The notes: generated by a model not told the origin, from the letters alone. Positions 19,298-28,756 are shown, counted from the first letter of the stretch. The stretch: 64,000 nucleotides of DNA from an uncultured delta proteobacterium (GCA_963737265.1 CAVTRY010000013.1:480001-544000); one strand, 5' to 3'. Numbers and translations are program-made.

Positions 19298-20235
19298 GGG
19301 TTCCACAACTCTTGGTCGGAGGCTTCCAGCGGCGGCGGAGGTGCTGGTCGTGTGACGATTTTGTCGACAATCTTGCTATGTCCGACAATATCCTGCGCGT
19401 CGACCTGAACGCGGTTAGGGCCGATCTTGAGCGGAATAGTGCTCTGAAAGGTGCCGTCCGGACCGACCTCGGTTTCGACGCCATTGACATTCACCGTCGA
19501 CGAAGGCTGAGCCTTGCCTTTGACCTTCGCATGGCTGCCCACGCGGTCGTCTTCCGGCCAAATCACGGACAGCAAGAGCTGCTCGGGAATCGTTTCCGGA
19601 TCGCCAGGGGCTTGGTCCGGCAGCGCGGTGCTCACGCTGCCGCCGGGCACGATCACCTCTTTGCTGCTGCCGGAAAATCTTGCCGCGCCTTCCGACGTCG
19701 CCACACTGACCTTGCCCGTCGGGGACATGGATACGACGAAGCGCGCGGGTCCGACGTTGGAGGTCTTGGTGTGGCGGGCGGTGATTTCGACGTGTTCGTT
19801 GGCGCCAGCAACGCTGGCCGATAGTCTGCCGCCGCGAAGCAGTCCCACGCTGGCGGTTTCCTTTTCCAAGTCGTCGAGCCGAAGGTCCATGTTGTCGCGC
19901 AGCTCGATTTCGACGCTTCCTCTCCGCAGCACGGCGCGCGCGCCGCTTTTGGTGCGGATGACGTCCTTGGCGGAAAGCAGGTGACCGGCGCGTACGATGT
20001 ACCATTGGCCGTTCTGGTAGGCCTCGGCTTCGCCTTGCAACTTGGTAACGCGAAAGAGCTTGGATTCGCCCTCCGGGGTGAGCGACGCCACCGGGGACAG
20101 GCCAGCCGGCATCTCGGGCCGGCGCTGCTCGAAAAACCGGCGCGACATCAGGGATGCAATCACGAGTACCGCGACGACGAGCCCCAGCACGGCAAGCTGG
20201 AACAGGAGTGCCTTGCGGCGATTGTCGCGGGTCAT
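19294..20235 (-). CDS. FecR-domain membrane protein with C-terminal Ig-like domain
   Basis: One N-terminal TM helix; FecR-like GHLLSAKDVIRTKSGARAVL...EGAARF; Ig-like VKGKAQPSSTVNVNG...GTF...LKIGPNRVQVDAQDIVGH. Confidence 0.75.
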   Translation of the reverse strand: MTRDNRRKALLFQLAVLGLVVAVLVIASLMSRRFFEQRRPEMPAGLSPVASLTPEGESKLFRVTKLQGEAEAYQNGQWYIVRAGHLLSAKDVIRTKSGARAVLRRGSVEIELRDNMDLRLDDLEKETASVGLLRGGRLSASVAGANEHVEITARHTKTSNVGPARFVVSMSPTGKVSVATSEGAARFSGSSKEVIVPGGSVSTALPDQAPGDPETIPEQLLLSVIWPEDDRVGSHAKVKGKAQPSSTVNVNGVETEVGPDGTFQSTIPLKIGPNRVQVDAQDIVGHSKIVDKIVTRPAPPPPLEASDQELWNP

Positions 20236-22139
20236 GCGAGGTGGCTGGCTCCTGTGTCGATGGGAAACGTGATCCAGAACGTGGCTCCGCTGCCAGCTTC
20301 GCTTTCAACTCGGATGTTGCCGCCGTGGTCTTCGATGATCTTGTGGACCACGGAAAGACCGATGCCGGTGTCGGTTCGATGTGTCTTGGTCGTGAAGAAC
20401 GGGTCGAAGATGCGAGGGAGGTGGTCGGAGCTTATGCCCCGTCCCGTGTCCGAGAAGCGGAGGCGCAGCAGTTTTCGTTCCGGCAGCGTGGTTTCGAGGG
20501 TCAGGGTGCCGCCGCCCTCCATGGCCGCGACCGCGTTTTGAATCAGTTGGATGAACGCGGCTTGCAGCTGCAAAGCGTTGCCGCGCACGGGTGGGCTGGT
20601 GCTGGCCACGCGCTTAACGACCTGGATCTTCGCATCGGCCAAATTCTGTGCTCCGCAAAGTTCGAGCGCATCGTCGATGATGGCCGCGAGATTGAGGATC
20701 CGAAAATCTTCGCCTCCCTGGCGCTGCGAGAAGCGGAGCAGGTTGGCGACGATGCCCTGGATGCGCAGCGCCTGCTCCTCGATATCCTGTATCATCGCAT
20801 AGGCAGGATGATCGGGGTCCAGGTCGGCTAACGTGAGTTGAGCCAACCCGAGTACGCCGGTGAGCGGATTGTTGATTTCGTGGGCGACGCCAGCCCCGAG
20901 CGAACCGATGGCGGCCAGCGAGCGCGAGCGCAGGAGGAGATCCTGGGCTTCGCGCAGTTCCTTGGTTTTGTCCGCAACCCGTCCTTCCAGGTTTTCGTTC
21001 CACGCCATGATCTGCTTGGTTTGTTGCGTGATTTCCATGCGGGCGGCATCGAGCGAGCTGGCCATGGCGTTGAACGACTTGGCCAGCTCGCCGAGCTCGT
21101 CGTCGGACGAAACGTCGAGACGCATGTCGAGCTTGCCACGGGCGATGTCGTGCGATCCGCGCAGCAGAGAGCCGACACGGGTGGACAGCGAGCGGGCCAG
21201 TGCGGCACCGACCACCGCTGCCACGAAAGCGGCCACTCCGACCCAGTAGGCCGTGGTCCAGGTAAGGCGTCGTGCCGGGCGCAACGCTTCTTCGAGCCAG
21301 CGCTCAACCACCACGCCCAGCATGAACGCGGGGACGGGTACGTAGGCTCCGATGACGGGATGACCGTTGCTTTCGTATTCGGCAACGAACCAGTCGTTCG
21401 GTAGGCGGTCGGTGGCACCGTGGGCAAAGCGTTTATGTTCCAGCGATGGCGGACCGACAGAGCGACCGGCCACGATGACGCGCCCCTCGCGATCGAGGAG
21501 AAGAATATCCCGGTCGTTGGTGGACAGGGTGGCGAGGTGGTCGGCAGCACGGCGCAAGGATACGGCGGCGGCGATGATGCGCGTTCCATTCTCGCCCGGT
21601 CCGTCGTAGCGCACGGCTAGCGTCACATGCGGCGTGCGCGAGCTGCCGGCGATCAAAATGGGACCGACCGCGCCCCCATCGCGCAAAACCTGTTCGACGG
21701 GAACGAGTGAGGGCAGCTTTGCCGCCTCCTCCGCCTGGACGATTTCGTGATCACCGTAGGAATCGTTGCGCGGAGCCACGGATTGGAAAGCCGACGGCAC
21801 CACGAGATTGCCCGATGGATCGAGCATGGCGACGACGCTGAAGTCGTCGCTTTGGTGGTAGACGAGTTGGAGGAACTTGCGCAGGGCCTCGTCGCTCGGC
21901 AGGCTATCGCCGACGCGGGTCAGGTCGAGGATGCGCGTCTCCACCGCCATCGTGGCGCGCAAGTTCGCGAGTTGGCTCGACACGTACTCCGAGATCTGGC
22001 GGGCCAACAAAACTTCGTGGCCTTCGATGGAGTCGCGCAGGGCGGCCCGGCTGACGCGAATCGAGGAGTAACCGGCGATAGCGAGCGGCACGGCAGCGAC
22101 GCCGATGGAGAGAAGGGCGAATTTGGGCAGAAGTCTCAT
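20232..22139 (-). CDS. Sensor histidine kinase (Cache-like periplasmic domain, HAMP, HisKA, HATPase)
   Basis: Two TM helices, HAMP DELGELAKSFNAM, H-box GVAHEINNPL, DTGRGI, FDPFFTTK, GIGLS. Confidence 0.93.
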   Translation of the reverse strand: MRLLPKFALLSIGVAAVPLAIAGYSSIRVSRAALRDSIEGHEVLLARQISEYVSSQLANLRATMAVETRILDLTRVGDSLPSDEALRKFLQLVYHQSDDFSVVAMLDPSGNLVVPSAFQSVAPRNDSYGDHEIVQAEEAAKLPSLVPVEQVLRDGGAVGPILIAGSSRTPHVTLAVRYDGPGENGTRIIAAAVSLRRAADHLATLSTNDRDILLLDREGRVIVAGRSVGPPSLEHKRFAHGATDRLPNDWFVAEYESNGHPVIGAYVPVPAFMLGVVVERWLEEALRPARRLTWTTAYWVGVAAFVAAVVGAALARSLSTRVGSLLRGSHDIARGKLDMRLDVSSDDELGELAKSFNAMASSLDAARMEITQQTKQIMAWNENLEGRVADKTKELREAQDLLLRSRSLAAIGSLGAGVAHEINNPLTGVLGLAQLTLADLDPDHPAYAMIQDIEEQALRIQGIVANLLRFSQRQGGEDFRILNLAAIIDDALELCGAQNLADAKIQVVKRVASTSPPVRGNALQLQAAFIQLIQNAVAAMEGGGTLTLETTLPERKLLRLRFSDTGRGISSDHLPRIFDPFFTTKTHRTDTGIGLSVVHKIIEDHGGNIRVESEAGSGATFWITFPIDTGASHLA

Positions 22140-23389
22140 GGCGAGCTCCAGGAAAAGCCGTCCGGCAGTGAGCTCCAGCCCAGCTCCCCGTCGACGGCCC
22201 AGACCGAGGTTGGCCCGGTTCCGAGTGGAGAAAATCCGCTTATGGACCCATCGCTTGCGAAGCTCGATTCCTGCAGGGGAACCGCGCTGTCCAGGGTCAA
22301 TCCAAAGTAGATTTGGGTTTGAATGGTGAAATTAAGTCCGGTGACGGTCACCGGCGTTCCGCCAGTGGGCTCTCCCGTGTTCGGCCTGATGGCAAGGATG
22401 GTTGGCGGCGGCAGGTAGGAAAACGTCACGGGCGGTGTTGTGCCGATGGGCGTGTGGACGACCAACTCGGCTTCGCCCACGTCGTGAGCGGGGACATATC
22501 CACTCAGTGTGTTGGGGTCGACGACGTTCCCGCCGTCGAGGAACAGTTTCACCCCATCGATCGTTGCCCAGCTGCCGGTAAGAAAGCCGCTTCCCTTGAT
22601 GACGACATCGGTGCCACCGGCCGTGCCACCGCTGGCGGGCGAAATCGAAACGACAGATGGCCTGGCGAACAGCACGAATGGAAGGTTCTTGGTCTGCGTG
22701 TTGTTCGCCTCGTCTGTCGCTTTGGCGGTGATCCTTATTTTCGACCCTGGGGTCAGGTCCGGGCTGACCGTGACCGCGAAGGAACAGTCGGCTTCTGAGG
22801 CGTCGAGTGGAATGGTGCAGGGCGAACCGGTGATGAGGAGGTCGTTTTCATAGTAGCTCCAGTCCATTTCAAAGAGCGTTCCCGGCGGGGCGTCGGCGGC
22901 TTGAAAGCTTCCATTCAAGGGCATGCCCGCTGCGAACGGCGCATCCGCGGCCGGGGCAAGAAACGCAATCGTTGGAGCGCTGTCATCAGGGCCGAGCTCG
23001 CGGAATTTGTTTGCTAGCCAGGCTGTCCCCCCTCGTGGGTCGGTGAGTTGCACGTCGAGGAGGCCGGGCAAAAAGACCTGCGCCGAGCTGCCTGGCAGGA
23101 GACCATCGATCCGCTCCGTCGACTGCCACTGCAGGTTGGTCAGTTGTGCCCATGTCGCCCCGGTTCCGACCTGCACCGCAAAGCCGTCGCGAACGGCAAT
23201 CCGTTGTCCCGATCCTGGATCGAGCTCGGTGGTCGGTACGAAACCGCTGCCTACCAAGGTCAGGTGGACATCGACATCGCTGTAGGCTTGGCCGGGCTCG
23301 ACGTCGGTAATGTTCGGTTGCGGCTGCAGGTCGTTACACCCGCCGAGGAAACCGGCGAACAGGGAAAAGCAGGCCCACGGAAACCGCAT
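22136..23389 (-). CDS. IPT/TIG-repeat lipoprotein
   Basis: Lipobox LGGC; IPT repeats PSVVSISPASGGTAGGTDVVIKGSGF and PTILAIRPNTGEPTGGTPVTVTGLNF; ATGA overlap with the kinase gene. Confidence 0.85.
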   Translation of the reverse strand: MRFPWACFSLFAGFLGGCNDLQPQPNITDVEPGQAYSDVDVHLTLVGSGFVPTTELDPGSGQRIAVRDGFAVQVGTGATWAQLTNLQWQSTERIDGLLPGSSAQVFLPGLLDVQLTDPRGGTAWLANKFRELGPDDSAPTIAFLAPAADAPFAAGMPLNGSFQAADAPPGTLFEMDWSYYENDLLITGSPCTIPLDASEADCSFAVTVSPDLTPGSKIRITAKATDEANNTQTKNLPFVLFARPSVVSISPASGGTAGGTDVVIKGSGFLTGSWATIDGVKLFLDGGNVVDPNTLSGYVPAHDVGEAELVVHTPIGTTPPVTFSYLPPPTILAIRPNTGEPTGGTPVTVTGLNFTIQTQIYFGLTLDSAVPLQESSFASDGSISGFSPLGTGPTSVWAVDGELGWSSLPDGFSWSSP

Positions 23390-23475
23390 CGCGCGCTATC
23401 TTAAACCCGACGGACGCATCGCGAAGGATCTTCCTCCTGTTGACTCTTGCGTCTCCGCCTGGAAGATTTCACGCA

Positions 23476-23718
23476 ATGTCAGATTACGCAACGATTCGCG
23501 ACATGGTCAGCCATCGTGTCACCTTCGAGTTCGACTCGGGTGCGAAAATCGTCGGCTATGTCGCTGCCTGTGCGCCGACGGAAGGAACGGTCGAATATGC
23601 CGTGCTTTCCAAGGCAGAAATCCTCGATTCGAAGAATCGCGTCGTGGCTCGCTTCGACGAGCTGCCGGTCGTGCCCAACAGCCTGGTCAGCTTCGCGGTG
23701 ACCGAAGGCCCGCTTTAG
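23476..23718 (+). CDS. Small hypothetical protein, Sm/LSm-fold-like
   Basis: 80 aa; helix followed by VTFEFDSG-KIVGYV...AVLSKAEIL...RFDELPVVPNSLVSF, resembling Sm1/Sm2 spacing. The ORF is likely real; the fold is inferred. Confidence 0.6.
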   Translation: MSDYATIRDMVSHRVTFEFDSGAKIVGYVAACAPTEGTVEYAVLSKAEILDSKNRVVARFDELPVVPNSLVSFAVTEGPL

Positions 23719-23722
23719 TCGA

Positions 23723-24025
23723 GTGTCCTCGGACGAACCCCTGCTCGAACGCCGCTTGCACGCGCTGGTGCGCGGTCGCGTGCAAGGGGTGGGCTATCGC
23801 GCGACCACCCTCGACGAGGCGAGGCGGCTCGGCCTGGCGGGCTGGGTTCGTAATCGCGTCGACGGCAGCGTCGAGGTGCTTGCCGAGGGCGTGGAGGCCA
23901 AGCTCAACCTCTTGCTGGCCTACCTGCGCCGCGGTCCGCCGGGCGCTCACGTAACCTCCGTCGCGGAGGACTGGTCCCTGGCGCAGGGGGCGCCGATGCC
24001 ATTTCAATTCAAGCGGACGGAGTAG
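23723..24025 (+). CDS. acyP: Acylphosphatase
   Basis: VRGRVQGVGYR, GWVRNRVDGSVEV, GPPGAHV. Confidence 0.93.
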   Translation: MSSDEPLLERRLHALVRGRVQGVGYRATTLDEARRLGLAGWVRNRVDGSVEVLAEGVEAKLNLLLAYLRRGPPGAHVTSVAEDWSLAQGAPMPFQFKRTE

Positions 24026-24114
24026 ATGCCAGGATGACGTTGCCGATCGCAGAACGTGTAGCCGACCCGCCGCGCAGATGGATCGGCGCCATGCGCCCGT
24101 TGTATAAGGGCACC

Positions 24115-24288
24115 ATGCCCCTCGACGCCAAGCTGCTTGACATTATTGCCTGTCCCAAATGCAAGGGCAGGCTCGAAATAAAACCAGACGAAAGCGCACT
24201 CCTTTGTCGCGCCTGCCGGCTAGCCTATCCCGTGGTCGACGAAATTCCGAATCTCATCAGGGAAGAGGCGCTGCCGCTCGAGGAATGA
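24115..24288 (+). CDS. Trm112/YcaR family protein
   Basis: LLDIIACPKCKG...LCRACRLAYPVVDEIPNL. Confidence 0.88.
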   Translation: MPLDAKLLDIIACPKCKGRLEIKPDESALLCRACRLAYPVVDEIPNLIREEALPLEE

Positions 24289-24349
24289 GGAGAAGGCGGA
24301 GAAGGCAAGAAAACTTGCGGTGTGGCTCGCATCTTCTTACCATGCCCGC

Positions 24350-24697
24350 ATGCAGGTTGAGCGCCGCCGGGCCGAACGAGATCGTCGCGAGTGCGGTCGG
24401 GTGCCAGTCGTATTGGCGGTTCGCAACACGGTCGGCGGCCGGTTTCATCTAGGGCAATCCGAGGACATTGGACCGGCGGGAATCACCTTGCGCCGACCGC
24501 GCGATCTGCCGGTGCTTCCCGAGACGCCGATTTCCCTGACCTTCGATCTGCCCGGCTTGCGAAAGTCGATCGATGTGGCCGGGCTCGTGGTCACGGATCG
24601 GCGTCGTGGCGGCTTTCGTCGCACCGGCGTTCGCTTCGTGCGGCAGTCTTCCGAGCAAGTTGCCCTTCTGTCCGAGTTCTGTCGCCGCAAGACCTGA
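24350..24697 (+). CDS. Stand-alone PilZ domain protein
   Basis: RxxxR (RRECGR) and DIGPAG motifs, LTFDLPG, TGVRF. Confidence 0.8.
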   Translation: MQVERRRAERDRRECGRVPVVLAVRNTVGGRFHLGQSEDIGPAGITLRRPRDLPVLPETPISLTFDLPGLRKSIDVAGLVVTDRRRGGFRRTGVRFVRQSSEQVALLSEFCRRKT

Positions 24698-24751
24698 TCT
24701 ACTACCAATATTGACTATCCATAGGGCGCCCTGGTGGTTTAGAAATATTGG

Positions 24752-24868
24752 CCGTCCGGGCAGCCAGCTCGGACGGGCGCGGGTAGGAGGACACACGCAG
24801 AAGCGAGTTCATGGCCCGTATCGGTTGACTATCATGAAACGAAGCGGGCGGGCTGCGCAGCCGGACGG
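24752..24868. ncRNA. Candidate structured RNA between convergent genes
   Basis: CCGTCCGG/CCGGACGG and GCAGCC/GGCTGC close a multibranch fold with a TTCATG/CATGAA hairpin and a hairpin whose minus-strand loop is CCUCCU. Confidence 0.35.
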
Positions 24869-24896
24869 GCGACGGGAGCGATTGATGGACACGTCT

Positions 24897-26420
24897 TCAG
24901 ATCTCCTCGATGAGAATCTCGCGCTTGCGGCTGGAGCGGCGCTGGACGGGTTCCGCGATGAGACGGGACACGCCCCAGGCCGAGACGAACTGACCCTCGC
25001 GTCCGAGCCCGGGCAGGTTCTCGTTGCTGGCGAGATAGACGTTCTTGAGTCCCGTGGTGTGGGACGCGCCACCCAGACCAAGCACGCGCTGCACATCGCA
25101 GCTGAGCGCCGGGGTCATGGGCACGGGCGGGATTCCCCGCAGGCGGCCACGCTGCGCCGGCTCGCCACGCGCGACCGGGCCAAGCTCTGGCGGTAAGCCA
25201 TCGTGGGGCGAGGCCATGACGAACAGGTGCTGGTCGAAGAAGGGCATGATGCGCATGATTTCCTCGCGCAGGCGCGCGCGCACGACCGAGAGATATCCCA
25301 GGCCCTCGCTGGCCGATGCGGACACCAGACACTCGACCCAGATCGGAAGCTGATTGGGCTGGCGGGGCGGCGGCACGCCAACCGTAATGCTGATGGCGTT
25401 TTCCTCCAGATTTGGCTTGGCTGGGTCGCGCACGGCGATCACGTGCGGGCCCATGCCTTCGGGCAAGGCTTCGGGGCGGGTGAGCAGACACAAGGTATAG
25501 CGAAAACAGGCGGGGCGAATGGCCGCGGCGGTTTCGCGCAGGCGGCGCGGGGCCTCGCTTCCCGCCAAGGCAAGTAGCGAGGACGCGGAGCCGGCCCAGA
25601 TCAGTCGGCCGAAGCCAATGGTTTCATTGCGCGGGCGCACCCGCAGTCCGTTGAGATTTCCGCGCCGCCACACGAGCTCGGTTGGCACGACGTGCTCGCG
25701 AATTTCTCCGGAAAACGTGCCGATCTTATCGAGAAACAGGGCGCGCAGGTCCGCGTCGGTCCCGAGGCGATGAAAGCCCCGCCGCGCGACATCGTAGGCG
25801 CGTGCCTGCACGAGGCCGCCAATGTCGGCTGGGGAAAATCCGCTCGCCAGCGCCCCCAGCGCGGCGATTCCGGAACGCATGGGATGGTAGGGGCCGAGCG
25901 GTGCGAGAAGGTCGGTGCCCGAAGCAGGAAGCTGCGCCTGAACTCGCGTCACATCACGACGCTCCCAGAAACCCTGCGGCGGCAGGGTCATGTCGGAGCC
26001 AAGCAACGGATCGACCAGTGCGCTGGTGCTGCGCAAGCGCGCCAACGCGGCTTCGATGGTCACGTGATCGTCGGGAAATTCGCGCTTCAGCTCGGCGCTG
26101 ATTGCCTCGACCGTGGACGAAAACTCGACCCGCTGTCGGGGAAAAACGAACTGAAGCGACGGCTGTGTTTGCGGGGCGCGTCGCCGCACGATTTGCGCGT
26201 GCCCGAGCTCGCGCAGTACGCGCGCCACCGGTTCAGAATCGGGCGGCGGCAGCGTGCCGGGTTCGTGCGCCAGCGTGTACGGTCCCGCCTGGAAGGTCGA
26301 GGGAACGATGTCGTGGCCGCACAGCAGCACGCGCAGCCCGCGCCGACCGAGCAGACTGGCGCTGATGAGGCCAGCGAGCTCTGAGCCGTACACGACGACA
26401 TCGAAGTAGTTGGTATCCAC
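24897..26420 (-). CDS. Phytoene dehydrogenase-like FAD/NAD(P)-binding protein
   Basis: N-terminal Rossmann-like DVVVYGSELAGLISASLLGRRGLRV; C-terminal TGLKNVYLAS...PGLGREG. Confidence 0.7.
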   Translation of the reverse strand: MDTNYFDVVVYGSELAGLISASLLGRRGLRVLLCGHDIVPSTFQAGPYTLAHEPGTLPPPDSEPVARVLRELGHAQIVRRRAPQTQPSLQFVFPRQRVEFSSTVEAISAELKREFPDDHVTIEAALARLRSTSALVDPLLGSDMTLPPQGFWERRDVTRVQAQLPASGTDLLAPLGPYHPMRSGIAALGALASGFSPADIGGLVQARAYDVARRGFHRLGTDADLRALFLDKIGTFSGEIREHVVPTELVWRRGNLNGLRVRPRNETIGFGRLIWAGSASSLLALAGSEAPRRLRETAAAIRPACFRYTLCLLTRPEALPEGMGPHVIAVRDPAKPNLEENAISITVGVPPPRQPNQLPIWVECLVSASASEGLGYLSVVRARLREEIMRIMPFFDQHLFVMASPHDGLPPELGPVARGEPAQRGRLRGIPPVPMTPALSCDVQRVLGLGGASHTTGLKNVYLASNENLPGLGREGQFVSAWGVSRLIAEPVQRRSSRKREILIEEI

Positions 26421-26545
26421 GGCGGCGCCCAGTCTCCGGGACCGGGGTGGATGCAGTCAACAGGCAAGTGTTTGCAGGGCGTGGGTGATGGTTGACAGCG
26501 CGGCCCCGACAGTTGAAATTGGCCATCCCTGCCCCGGCAGGTCAC

Positions 26546-27412
26546 ATGGCCTGGTACAAACGAAGTAAAAAGGTAGTCGACGAACCGCAGGTAGAAAAGC
26601 GCAGCATTCCCGCCGGCGTATTCACCAAGTGTCCAAGTTGCGGCGAAGCGCTGCTCACCGCGGACGTGCACAAGAATCTCGACGTGTGTCTGTCCTGCGA
26701 CCATCATTTCGCCATGGCGACGCGCGATCGCATCGCGATGATTATGGACGAAGGCAGCTCGGTCGAATTCGATCGCGGCGTGGAAAGCCTCGACCCGCTT
26801 GGTTTTCGCGATTCCAAGCGCTACGTCGACCGCCTGAAGTCGTCGCGCAAGTCGAGCGGCGAGACCGAGGCGCTGATCGCCTTGGCAGGACGCATCGAGG
26901 GCGTCGAGGTCGAAGTCGGATTCTTCGTGTTCGAGTTCATGGGCGGATCCATGGGCTCCGTCGTCGGCGAGAAGATCACGCGCGTGCTCGAACGCGCACT
27001 CAAGCGGCGGGTGCCCGCGCTCATTTTCGCGGCGTCGGGCGGGGCGCGCATGCAGGAAGGCATTCTGTCGCTCATGCAGATGGCGAAGACCAGTGCGGCC
27101 ATCGGGCGCCTGCGCGAGGCTTCCGTGCCATTCCTATCCATCTTGCTTCACCCGACGACGGGCGGTGTGGCGGCTAGCTTCTCCATGCTGGGCGACCTGC
27201 ACATCGCCGAACCCAAGGCGCTGATCGGCTTCGCCGGGCCCAGGGTGATCCAGAACACCATGCGCCAGACCTTGCCGCCGGGATTTCAACGTTCCGAGTT
27301 CCTGCAAAGCCACGGATTCGTCGACATGATCGTGCCGCGCAAGGAGCTCAAAAGCACCATCGTCTTCACTCTGCGATGGTTTGGCGCCAGGCCGGGGCAG
27401 GGTCAAAACTGA
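26546..27412 (+). CDS. accD: Acetyl-CoA carboxylase carboxyltransferase beta subunit
   Basis: Zn finger KCPSC...CLSC, FMGGSMGSVVGEK, SGGARMQEG, PTTGGVAAS, IGFAGPRVI. Confidence 0.96.
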   Translation: MAWYKRSKKVVDEPQVEKRSIPAGVFTKCPSCGEALLTADVHKNLDVCLSCDHHFAMATRDRIAMIMDEGSSVEFDRGVESLDPLGFRDSKRYVDRLKSSRKSSGETEALIALAGRIEGVEVEVGFFVFEFMGGSMGSVVGEKITRVLERALKRRVPALIFAASGGARMQEGILSLMQMAKTSAAIGRLREASVPFLSILLHPTTGGVAASFSMLGDLHIAEPKALIGFAGPRVIQNTMRQTLPPGFQRSEFLQSHGFVDMIVPRKELKSTIVFTLRWFGARPGQGQN

Positions 27413-27420
27413 GTCTTCTC

Positions 27421-28692
27421 ATGCAAGGCTCTGACAGCGGGCAAGGCGCGGGCTATCGTCGCTTTCTGGCCCGTCTGGAGCAGGTGCGTGGTCAGGGCAT
27501 GTCTTTGGGCCTCGATCGGGTTCGCCTGGCGCTCGAACGCCTGGGCTTTCCCGAAAGGCGAGCTCCAGCGGTGCATATCGCGGGCACCAACGGCAAGGGC
27601 TCCTGCGCGGCCATGACCGATTCCATCCTGCGCGCGGCCGGCTTTCGCACCGGCCTCTTCACCTCGCCGCATCTGACCCGATTCACCGAGCGTATTCGTA
27701 TCGACGGCCTGGAGATCGACGGCGACCATCTCGCCGCGCTCGACGAAGCCGTGGCCGGCACCGGGGTTCCGCTCACGTTCTTCGAGGTTTCGGCGGTGCT
27801 GGCGTTTCTGGCCTTTGCCGAAGCAAAGGTCGACGTGGCTGTTCTCGAAACCGGGCTCGGCGGTCGCCTGGACGCGACCAGCGTTTGCCACCCGTCGGTT
27901 TGCGCCATCACGAGCATCGCGCTCGATCACGAAGCCATCCTGGGCAACAGTATTTCCGCGATTGCCTTCGAGAAGGCCAGTATCGCCAAAGCTGGCGTTC
28001 CGCTTTTTCTCGGCCCGCTGTCGCCGGAGGCCGATGCTCGTGTCGCCGAGGTTGCTGCATCCCTTGGCGCTCCGGTCCGGCGTGCCGGCGTCGATTATCC
28101 ACCGGCACCGGCGGCTCCGGCTCTACCCGGCGCGCACCAACGCGCGAACGCCGGCCTGGCGGTGGTGATCGCGCGCCAGGCCGCTGCCGCCCTCGGCCGG
28201 CCGATCAACGACGGCGACGTCTTGCGCGGGCTCGCTGGCGTACGCTGGCCGGGTAGGCTTGAGCGCATTGCGGAGGATGTGCTGCTCGATTGTGCGCACA
28301 ACGTGGAAGGCAGCCTGGCGCTCGTCGCTGCGCTGCCGGCGTCCCGTCGGCGGGTCCTCGTCACGTCCATCGTGCGCGACAAGAATGCCGCCGGCATGCT
28401 GTCGATTCTGGGCCCCGAATTCGATCGGGTCGTCATTACCCGTTCGCAAAGCGATCGCGCCCAGGATCCGCAACGCTTGGCGGACGTCGTACCGCGGACC
28501 AGGACAGGCGAAAGAGAAGTTGTCTGCATCGAAGATCCGGTCGGCGCCCTCACGCACGCGCGCGCCTTCGCGAGCGCTGTTGCCGGAGGTCTTGTCGTAG
28601 TTGCCGGATCGATCTTCCTCGTGGGCGCCCTGCGTGCGCACCTGCTCGGCGAGCTCCAAGGCGTTGCGGACGCCTCGGATCCCTTGCCGTGA
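27421..28692 (+). CDS. folC: Folylpolyglutamate synthase/dihydrofolate synthase
   Basis: HIAGTNGKGS, FTSPHL, ETGLGGRLDATS, WPGRLE, DCAHN, GSIFLVG; follows accD. Confidence 0.95.
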   Translation: MQGSDSGQGAGYRRFLARLEQVRGQGMSLGLDRVRLALERLGFPERRAPAVHIAGTNGKGSCAAMTDSILRAAGFRTGLFTSPHLTRFTERIRIDGLEIDGDHLAALDEAVAGTGVPLTFFEVSAVLAFLAFAEAKVDVAVLETGLGGRLDATSVCHPSVCAITSIALDHEAILGNSISAIAFEKASIAKAGVPLFLGPLSPEADARVAEVAASLGAPVRRAGVDYPPAPAAPALPGAHQRANAGLAVVIARQAAAALGRPINDGDVLRGLAGVRWPGRLERIAEDVLLDCAHNVEGSLALVAALPASRRRVLVTSIVRDKNAAGMLSILGPEFDRVVITRSQSDRAQDPQRLADVVPRTRTGEREVVCIEDPVGALTHARAFASAVAGGLVVVAGSIFLVGALRAHLLGELQGVADASDPLP

Positions 28693-28756
28693 CCCGGTGT
28701 CCCATTTGCCACAACCTCGAAACGGGGCTTATGATGGGGGTTGGGGTAACGGCAAA

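Noticed and set aside
24752-24868. Identification as 6S RNA, SRP RNA, tRNA or c-di-GMP riboswitch
   Set aside because: Length and conserved sequence motifs of those families were not found by eye.
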